Shown: positions 37,210-45,156 of the stretch, in pieces | Layout of the letters: each line of letters starts with the position of its first letter | Position numbering within the stretch: position 1 is the first letter of the stretch | IMG/VR virus record: IMGVR_UViG_3300032275_000001 | Location: 32,001-96,000 of that record | Direction: 5' to 3' (one strand) | From: a virus | Taxonomy: Duplodnaviria; Caudoviricetes | DNA: 64,000 nucleotides | Made by a program: the position numbers and the translations under genes | The notes under the pieces: generated by a model | Databases searched by the model: none | The model's input: only the letters and a program-made list of their open reading frames with translations | Told to the model about the DNA's origin: nothing

Positions 37210-38076
37210 ATGTCAAAAACAATAACAATAAAGTTAACACAAGTGGCACCATCTTCTGGACCATTCTCAATCTATGATCAGTTTGGGAATGTAATAGCAG
37301 AAGATGTGCCTAAGAAAACTCTTATGCGTGGTATGAGTTATATTGTGAATGATGATGTAAGATTAATTACCCTTAAGTCTATAGGTGATTGTACATCAGA
37401 AAAAACAATATACCTAAAAGATATTACAGAAGCAGAGTATATTAATATTAAGGTAAAACAGATTGTTACAGGATGTATATGGAGACACTTAACTAATATA
37501 CAATTATACAATTCTTATTATGGTGTAACACATCCGTACATAATTGAATATCCATTTGCTTATAGGTTCCAAGATGAAATCTTACAGAATGTAAAAGACT
37601 ATACAAAAGCATATGAATATATATCTATACCAGATGGTGTATTTAATGATAACACAAGAATAGAAACAAACAACAAGTGGTTTAACAAAGCTATTCTATA
37701 CAATGGACAACAGAGTTCAGGAGTGTTGAATCTTGTCGCTAAACCTCTTAATGATATGCGTGCGTACATGCAATATCCAATATTCAATACAGATAGTAAA
37801 ACAATCACATACACTAAGAGTGATAACTTCTATCAATACAATACATTCTGGGCACTTCAGAAAAGTTCTCAAGTTCCATTGTTTAATACAGGCTGTGAAA
37901 GTCTTTCTATTGATAAGGTGATTAACCAAAGCAATATGGATTATGGATCAAGAAGTTTCAAGAAAGCTACACTAAGAGCTAAGGAGCTCAAGATACGTCA
38001 TATATTAGATGACAATTGTACAACGCATTTAGTGAGTCAATTCATAATTGCTCCTGCACAAATCTCTTACAAGTAA
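37210..38076 (+). CDS. adaptor domain plus probable C-terminal part of the muzzle protein
   Basis: N-terminus resembles 26320/26952 (ITIKLT..GPFSIY); followed by IWRH...YYG...YIIEY. Confidence 0.6.
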   Translation: MSKTITIKLTQVAPSSGPFSIYDQFGNVIAEDVPKKTLMRGMSYIVNDDVRLITLKSIGDCTSEKTIYLKDITEAEYINIKVKQIVTGCIWRHLTNIQLYNSYYGVTHPYIIEYPFAYRFQDEILQNVKDYTKAYEYISIPDGVFNDNTRIETNNKWFNKAILYNGQQSSGVLNLVAKPLNDMRAYMQYPIFNTDSKTITYTKSDNFYQYNTFWALQKSSQVPLFNTGCESLSIDKVINQSNMDYGSRSFKKATLRAKELKIRHILDDNCTTHLVSQFIIAPAQISYK

Positions 38077-38708
38077 TGAGTGGTACAGGTATATATACAA
38101 TAACTAATATTATTACTGGACATATATATGTAGGTTGTACTAAAAGAACTTTTAATATCAGATGGGGACTTCATAAACGACAGTTAGAAGCAGGAATACA
38201 TAATAATACATATTTACAAAGAGCTTGGAATATATATGGTAAAGAAAACTTTATATTTGAAATTTTAGTAGAATGTGATAAAGATATAATATATAGTGAA
38301 GAACATTACTGGGCTACATTATTAAATGTCCATAATAGAAAGTATGGATATAATTTAAAACCAACACATCCTAATAATGTATCGTTAACATCGCTAGAGA
38401 CTAGAGATAAAATTAGAACCAAAGCAACTGGTAGAAAATGGTCAGAAGAATATAAACAACTATTTAAACAAAGCAAACTAGGTAAAAAACATTCTGAAGA
38501 GCATAAACATAAAGCTGCAAAAGGAAAATATAAATCTATTTTACAATATAGTTTAGATGGTATATTTATAAAAGAGTGGGAGTCAGGTAAATCTGCTTCT
38601 ATTAGTTTAAATTTAAGTACTAGTAATATAACTTTTGCATTAAAGAAAATTACAAAAACATGTGGAGGATTTATATGGAAATATAAAGATATAAATTATG
38701 AAAAATAA
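38076..38708 (+). CDS. GIY-YIG homing endonuclease with NUMOD3/NUMOD1 domains
   Basis: GIYTITN..HIYVG, H.N.YLQRAWN.YG, GYNL, HSEEHK, ILQYSLDG.FIKEWES; ATG 38076 overlaps the upstream TAA. Confidence 0.9.
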   Translation: MSGTGIYTITNIITGHIYVGCTKRTFNIRWGLHKRQLEAGIHNNTYLQRAWNIYGKENFIFEILVECDKDIIYSEEHYWATLLNVHNRKYGYNLKPTHPNNVSLTSLETRDKIRTKATGRKWSEEYKQLFKQSKLGKKHSEEHKHKAAKGKYKSILQYSLDGIFIKEWESGKSASISLNLSTSNITFALKKITKTCGGFIWKYKDINYEK

Positions 38709-40737
38709 GTGGTTAGATAATTATAATGATTCTTCTGTATCATTACCAGAAGGATATGTAGGAGAAGGAATATTCAATGGTCCTATATTTGAAAACCCTG
38801 CTGTTAAAGGACAGTTTCAAATGGGTGGTAATATACCAGGAGCTGTAGGACATATGTATGCTAGAACAGGATCTCCTAGTAAAGGACCACGTAGAAACCA
38901 AACTGATGTTACAGATGCTTCTGCACAGAATGGCAAAGAGATGCAATACTACCAACAAGGATTAGATTGGAAACCAAAAAGTATTAGTAGAGATGGTGCA
39001 TGGTTAGATCAATATGATGTAGCACAGAATGGTAAAAAGAAATTTAAATTAAAGGATGAAAGAGAAGATGCATATACTGTACGAGATAATATACAACCAT
39101 TGTCTTTAAAACAAAAAAGAGGAAATGAACTTTTAATTAAGGAAACAGAAAATGCAAAAAAAGACAAACAAGAATTAACTAATACAGGACAAATTAAAAA
39201 TCCTAGATCTATTCATTATAAAAAACTTGCACCTAAACAAGCAGATTTAAAAACACAAACTAAATCAAATGAAGAACTAGAAGGGCAACTAGGATTAGAA
39301 AGACCTTTAGTATATTTAGCTAGTCCTGAAAAATTATTAGGAGATTTAGGTGTACCAGGAATGGAAACTTCTGAATTAGACAGACAAGCAGTAATGGCTA
39401 ATAGATTTAATCCTAATCAATCAAGAGAAGAAAGATTTATAAATAATGCTAATATAGGACTAGGGTATGTACCAGAAGCAACAGTAAATACAGCAATGGC
39501 TGCAGCATTTATGCCTGAAGGAAGTGGTGCATTAGGATTAGTTAATGAAGCTTTAAATCCTTTTGCTGGTATGGATAATGGTTTATTTAAAAATATACCA
39601 ACAAGTATAGCTCCTGAGTTAAGACAAGGATTACAGACAGCAGGAATATCAGATTTATATAAAATTAATCCATTGGCAACTAAAATTGATGATGCAGCAA
39701 CTAAAATAGTTGGTGAAGGAAAAAATTCTTTTATATATGATCCTGCTAAAACTATGTACAATAGAACATATGAATCAACTCCAAACTTTCTTACAGGGTA
39801 TAAAAAAATTAAAAAACCTAATAAATTAGATTTTAGTCCTATAATAGATTTACGTACTGAAGAGTTTAAAAATAAAGCACTTCAAAATTTTAAAACTCTT
39901 ACAGGAGGAAAAGCAGATGATATAGATTTAGAACAATTTGTAGACTATTTTAAAAAAGAACAAGAAAGATTATTTACAAAATTGGAATATCAAGATTTTT
40001 TATCTAATATAAACAGAGAAAAATATTATGATACTCCTGAGTGGAAAAATGTATGGGATGATTCTAGAGATCAAGCAGAAGATATTTTTGGAAAAATAGA
40101 ACAAACATTACAACAAAAATCTTCTCCACTAGGAAAAAGATTAGGTTCTGGTGCAGAAGGAAGTGTTTATGAATTAGCAGATGATCCTGATAAGGTTATT
40201 AAAATAGGAAACACTTTTAAAACAAGTAGTGCAGATGATTTAGTAAAATCTTTTGAAGGTATTACAGATGATAATATAGCAAGAGTTTTAAGAGCACATC
40301 AAGATAATAAACATCTTATTGAAATAATGCCTAATTTAAATGCAAATGCAAAATTTAGTAATTTTACAAAAGAACAAGTTTTAGGCAAATTAGAAAAAGA
40401 TGCGAAAGGTCTTATGGATAGAGGGTTTCAATTAGACGTTGATAATATTAATGGTAATTTTAGATATAACCCTGATAAAAATAAAGTTGATATTTATGAT
40501 ATTTCAAAACCTGCTGCTGGACAAACAAGTCAAAACCCAGAAGCAGTTCTCAGAATACTAAGAGATCATTTTAATAATGATTATAGAATATCAGGAACAC
40601 ATCCTTCATATGATCCTAATATGCCTACTCCTGAATTTAAACAAGGTGGAATCATTAAAGATGATAGAGGACAATGGGCAAAAAATAAAAAAAATTTATT
40701 ACCTTTACAATCTAACTGGTTAAATAAATTTGAATAA
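38698..40737 (+). CDS. putative virion cargo protein with protein-kinase-like domain
   Basis: RLGSGAEGSVY..VIKIG..LDVDNINGN..IYD; AQNG/xxGG repeats. Confidence 0.65.
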   Translation: MKNKWLDNYNDSSVSLPEGYVGEGIFNGPIFENPAVKGQFQMGGNIPGAVGHMYARTGSPSKGPRRNQTDVTDASAQNGKEMQYYQQGLDWKPKSISRDGAWLDQYDVAQNGKKKFKLKDEREDAYTVRDNIQPLSLKQKRGNELLIKETENAKKDKQELTNTGQIKNPRSIHYKKLAPKQADLKTQTKSNEELEGQLGLERPLVYLASPEKLLGDLGVPGMETSELDRQAVMANRFNPNQSREERFINNANIGLGYVPEATVNTAMAAAFMPEGSGALGLVNEALNPFAGMDNGLFKNIPTSIAPELRQGLQTAGISDLYKINPLATKIDDAATKIVGEGKNSFIYDPAKTMYNRTYESTPNFLTGYKKIKKPNKLDFSPIIDLRTEEFKNKALQNFKTLTGGKADDIDLEQFVDYFKKEQERLFTKLEYQDFLSNINREKYYDTPEWKNVWDDSRDQAEDIFGKIEQTLQQKSSPLGKRLGSGAEGSVYELADDPDKVIKIGNTFKTSSADDLVKSFEGITDDNIARVLRAHQDNKHLIEIMPNLNANAKFSNFTKEQVLGKLEKDAKGLMDRGFQLDVDNINGNFRYNPDKNKVDIYDISKPAAGQTSQNPEAVLRILRDHFNNDYRISGTHPSYDPNMPTPEFKQGGIIKDDRGQWAKNKKNLLPLQSNWLNKFE

Positions 40738-40738
40738 A

Positions 40739-41425
40739 ATGGTAACACAAGATTATAAATATCAAACTATAGAAGGTGTAGTAAACAAAAGATGTTCAAG
40801 ATGTAGAGTTTTTAAACCTGTTACTTTTGAGTATTATGCTAAAGGACAAGATAGTAAACATGGAATTAAATCACATTGTTTAGAATGTAATAATAAGCCT
40901 AAATTTAACTTTCCTAATTTTAATGAGAAGGGGTTATTGTTTTGTAGAAAATGTGAAATATATAAAACTGAAGAAGAGTTTCATACACAAAAAGAAAACA
41001 AGCATAGAAATGGTAAAACTAGTAATTGTAAACAATGTAATAATGATTATAAAACTAATTTTAGAAAGTCTACAAAAGGTGAAAACTTAGAGAGGCATTT
41101 AAGTAAAATACTTTCTACATGTAAACTTAGGAGTAAAAAATTAAAATTATCAAGTTTTGAATTTGAGTTAGATGTAAATTTTTTAAAACACTTATTTGAA
41201 ACACAAAATAAAAAGTGTAAATTGTCTGGATTAGAAATGACTTATATTATTAACAATGGTAAATCTATATATAACATTTCTGTAGATAGAATTAAAAGTA
41301 ATAAAGGTTATACAAAAGATAATGTACAGTTAGTTTGTAATCAAATTAATACAATGAAAAATTCTTTAGAAGAGGAGAATTTTTTATTTTTTTGCAAAAC
41401 AATAGTTAATAATTATGAAAGGTAA
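40739..41425 (+). CDS. Zn-finger HNH-type homing endonuclease
   Basis: several CxxC pairs; Q..KC.LSG..M...SVDRI.S.KGY.KDNVQLVC..IN.MK; ATG 40739 preferred over TTG 40730. Confidence 0.85.
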   Translation: MVTQDYKYQTIEGVVNKRCSRCRVFKPVTFEYYAKGQDSKHGIKSHCLECNNKPKFNFPNFNEKGLLFCRKCEIYKTEEEFHTQKENKHRNGKTSNCKQCNNDYKTNFRKSTKGENLERHLSKILSTCKLRSKKLKLSSFEFELDVNFLKHLFETQNKKCKLSGLEMTYIINNGKSIYNISVDRIKSNKGYTKDNVQLVCNQINTMKNSLEEENFLFFCKTIVNNYER

Positions 41426-44400
41426 AGTTAGTAATACAGGGTATAAAAAAAATTCTAAAGATAAGAATAATGATTACAACATTATTCCTACTAACAGAAT
41501 TACTATGAAAGATGTTGATTTTCCAGTTTTAGGAATATCTGATAAGAATGATGTAAGAGTAATGTATCCAGGAGAAGAACATTTATTTGATGGAACTTCT
41601 GTTTTAGAATATCGTATGGCAAAAAATGGAATTAATCAACAAGATCAAAAAGTTGATGAACAATTAAAACAATTAACTGATTTTTCTAACAATAGTTTAA
41701 AGGTTGGTGGAAATATTAAAAAATCAAATAACATGAAATCACAGATCCTTAAAATTGCTGGTGTTAAATCTGAAAAAGAATTTTATTCTAAATATCCTTC
41801 AGAGAAAGCATTTATGAAAATACATGGTAAAGAGTTTAAGAAAGCTCAAACTGGTGCTGCAATTAATGCATCACAAGTACATCAACCAGCTTTTAAACCT
41901 TTAAGTTATCAAGATCAATTTGATGATGTTGACAAAATGTTAACAGGTTCAACAGCTGCACAAAGACAAGAGCTTGCACTTAAACAACAAGCTGCTTCAA
42001 AAGATAGTGGTGGTGGTGGATTTGACATTGCTGGTCTTATGAAGTTAGCTGGTGGTGCTATGCAAGGTGGTGGAATGGGTGATATGGGTGGTGCTGGAGC
42101 TGCTGCTGGAGCAAGTTCAGTGGCAGCAGCAGCAAGATATGGGAGAGATATTCCTAAAGCTCAAAATGGAACAGCTGCTTGGTATTCACAAAATCCTCCA
42201 GGAGGAGCAACTAATTATGGACAAGTACAACCTGCAAATCAATTAAAATCTGTAGGTTCTACAAATCCTTTAGCTACTGGTGGCATAGGAGGATTTGATA
42301 TTTCTAAATTAGGTCCTCAAGGAGTTGGTTCAATGGGTGGTGATACTTTATCTAAAATTGGAGGACAAGTAAGTCAATTTGCAGGACCAGTTGGAGATGT
42401 TATTAGTGGTATTGGAGAATTGAAAAAAGAAAAAGAAGCAAGAAAAGCTGCTGAAGCAGCAAGAGATGTAAGTAAAGTATCTCTTAAAGCAGCAACAAGT
42501 GTTGATGTAGATGCAAGAAGACAACAATCTGAAAACATAGCTAAGCAAAGAGAAGCACAGATGCCAGTTAATACAGGAGAAGAATTCTTTCCTATATATG
42601 GTGTAGGTACAAATGTTCTTGCTAGAAATGGTATGATGTTACAAGGTGGTGGAGAAATACAAAATACATTTGCTCCAAATGATATATACATGGATAGTGG
42701 ATATGAACCATTGAATGATAGTAATGTGAAACAATATTATCAAGGTGGAAGATTACATCAAATGCAAGATGGTGGAGCTGCAAATTCTCAAAATTATTAC
42801 AATCAAATAATAGGTGCAGGTAAATCTACAGGTATAATTTCAGGAGGAGATGCTGCTGGTGCTGCTGGTGGAGGAACTCCATGGGGAGCTATATCAAGCA
42901 AAGCTACAGGTATAGGACAAGAGTTGATGGGTGGTCAAAATGCTGGTGGTAAACTTGGTGGTACAATAGGAGGAGGAATTGGTACAGCTATTGGAGGACC
43001 TATAGGTGGAGCTATTGGTAACTTTGTTGGAGGATTAGCTGGTAATGCTTTAGATACTAATGCTAAAAAAATGAAGAAAGCACAAGATGCTACACAAAGA
43101 AACATGCAAGGAATGGCTAATGCTAATATGGCTAAAGGTATTCAAGCACAGAACCAATCTTTTATGAAAGATGGTGGATGGGTTTCTAATGATTGGACTC
43201 CACAAGTTATAGCTTCATTTGGTGGTCTTGATGAACAAGAAGTTTATGACTATGCACATGAAGGAATGGATACACTAAGAGCTGGTGGACATCTAAGAGA
43301 TTACACACCTCCTAGTGATAGAGCTATGGAAACTTATGAAGATGGTGGTGAGATTCAATCTTATGGACTAGGTGGAGAGTTACAAACACATTGGGGTGGA
43401 GGAGCTGAAACTATTTCACGTAATCCTTACTTACCTGGTACAGGAGAAACAATTATGTTTAGAGGAAAGAGTCATGAAGAATATTCTCCTAATGGAGAAA
43501 CAGGAATTGGTGTAACATATGGTGGTAACCCAGTAGAAGTAGAAAGAGGAGAACCTATGGTAGAGTTAGAAGAGGGTGGTACAATAGATCCTGAAACAGG
43601 AGAAGTTCAAAAATCAGGAGTGGTGTTCGGTAACTTACAAATACCTAATCAATATATAGATATGCTAGGAGATAAAAATGCTAAAGGTAAAAAGTTTAAA
43701 AACTATGTAGCTGATCTATCTAAGATAGAAGAGAAACAAAACAGTATTATAGATAAATCATCTAAAGAACTTAATGCTCTTGATCCTATAAACTCTTTTG
43801 ATAAGTTAAAGCTTACAGCATTGCAAGCTAACATACAAGGAGCTAATATGAAACTTAAAGATGTAGCTGATAAAAAGATAAACGCAGCTTCTCTTCAGAA
43901 TGCTATCAATGATACAGCAGAAGAACGTGGATTAGTTGCTGATGATCTTGCTAGAGGTAAAGCTAAGGTGGACAAAGAAGCTCAAAAACAATCTGCTAAG
44001 TTTGGTGGTAAGTTTGCACAAGCACAAGATGGAGATTGGTATGCTAATAATTCTCCAGCAGGTTCAATGGATTATGGGGAACAATTATCAGATTGGGATC
44101 AAGGAGAACTTCCTGAATTAGTAATTCCTGCAAAAAGAAAACCATTTGGAATACCTAGTGGTATATTTGATGTAAAAGGTAAAATAGATAGTCCAACACC
44201 TGATGAATTAATTCAAGATATAAAATTAGCTAAGAAATTTAAAAAAGATAAACATCGTGCTTCTGATGAAGAATCTGAAGATAAGTTTGATTGGATGAAT
44301 ATGGTTAATGCAATACTTCCTACCATTAGACCAAGTGATGCAGAAGATTTAGATACAGCTCAGTTATATCCAGAAATGTTTGCTATGGCTACTAACCAAG

Positions 44401-45047
44401 TGGCTCCTGTACAAGCACAAACATATCAACCTGATTTAGGAACTCCTTATGATATATCATATCAAGATCAATTGAATGCTAACCAAGCAGATTATAGAGC
44501 AGCACAAAGAATGATGGGTTACAATCCAGCAGCTCAAGCTAATCTAAATGCACAGAAGTATCAAGCTAATCAATCTGTATTAGCTGATCAGTTCAGAGCT
44601 AATCAAGCAATGAAAGATAAAGTGTATGGTGAGAATAGAAATATGCTTAATCAAGCTAAGCTTACTAACCTAGGTATATTTGATAAGCAATACGAAAGAC
44701 AAACAGAAGCATTAGCTAATACAAAAGCTACAACACAAGCTGCTTTGAATTCTATATCTGACAAGTATGCTAAGAATAAATTAGAGAACAGAGAGTTGAA
44801 AACATATGAGAATATGTACAACTATAGATTTGGTCCTAACTTCAGAGCACAGAATATGAATCCTTTAGCACAGTTTGATACAGATTATAAAGGAGCTTCT
44901 GCTGAAGAACTTGATGCTATGTCAGCTTATAAAAAAGCATTAGCTAAGAGAGAAGCTGCTGAAGAAAAGAAAAAGAAACCTTCATTAGCTGGAGAAAGCA
45001 TTGCTAAAAGAAATGGTTCTATCGTAAAATCTTACAAGAATATATAA
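41415..45047 (+). CDS. Gly-rich virion cargo/ejection protein with glycine-zipper TM segment
   Basis: GGKLGGTIGGGIGTAIGGPIGGAIG zipper, G.SHE..G...VEVERGE motif, many xxGG repeats. Confidence 0.7.
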   Translation: MKGKVSNTGYKKNSKDKNNDYNIIPTNRITMKDVDFPVLGISDKNDVRVMYPGEEHLFDGTSVLEYRMAKNGINQQDQKVDEQLKQLTDFSNNSLKVGGNIKKSNNMKSQILKIAGVKSEKEFYSKYPSEKAFMKIHGKEFKKAQTGAAINASQVHQPAFKPLSYQDQFDDVDKMLTGSTAAQRQELALKQQAASKDSGGGGFDIAGLMKLAGGAMQGGGMGDMGGAGAAAGASSVAAAARYGRDIPKAQNGTAAWYSQNPPGGATNYGQVQPANQLKSVGSTNPLATGGIGGFDISKLGPQGVGSMGGDTLSKIGGQVSQFAGPVGDVISGIGELKKEKEARKAAEAARDVSKVSLKAATSVDVDARRQQSENIAKQREAQMPVNTGEEFFPIYGVGTNVLARNGMMLQGGGEIQNTFAPNDIYMDSGYEPLNDSNVKQYYQGGRLHQMQDGGAANSQNYYNQIIGAGKSTGIISGGDAAGAAGGGTPWGAISSKATGIGQELMGGQNAGGKLGGTIGGGIGTAIGGPIGGAIGNFVGGLAGNALDTNAKKMKKAQDATQRNMQGMANANMAKGIQAQNQSFMKDGGWVSNDWTPQVIASFGGLDEQEVYDYAHEGMDTLRAGGHLRDYTPPSDRAMETYEDGGEIQSYGLGGELQTHWGGGAETISRNPYLPGTGETIMFRGKSHEEYSPNGETGIGVTYGGNPVEVERGEPMVELEEGGTIDPETGEVQKSGVVFGNLQIPNQYIDMLGDKNAKGKKFKNYVADLSKIEEKQNSIIDKSSKELNALDPINSFDKLKLTALQANIQGANMKLKDVADKKINAASLQNAINDTAEERGLVADDLARGKAKVDKEAQKQSAKFGGKFAQAQDGDWYANNSPAGSMDYGEQLSDWDQGELPELVIPAKRKPFGIPSGIFDVKGKIDSPTPDELIQDIKLAKKFKKDKHRASDEESEDKFDWMNMVNAILPTIRPSDAEDLDTAQLYPEMFAMATNQVAPVQAQTYQPDLGTPYDISYQDQLNANQADYRAAQRMMGYNPAAQANLNAQKYQANQSVLADQFRANQAMKDKVYGENRNMLNQAKLTNLGIFDKQYERQTEALANTKATTQAALNSISDKYAKNKLENRELKTYENMYNYRFGPNFRAQNMNPLAQFDTDYKGASAEELDAMSAYKKALAKREAAEEKKKKPSLAGESIAKRNGSIVKSYKNI

Positions 45048-45088
45048 CTAAACTCATTATAAAAAATTACTACAAAATGTTATTAAAT

Positions 45089-45119
45089 TTTGATAGTATA
45101 ATAATTTAAATTAAATTTG
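45089..45119 (+). promoter_or_regulatory. Bacteroidota-type promoter (TTTG-N19-TAAATTTG)
   Basis: exact consensus match upstream of the cargo/RNAP operon. Confidence 0.7.
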
Positions 45120-45156
45120 CTAATCTACATATTTATATGTATTAAAATAACAGACT

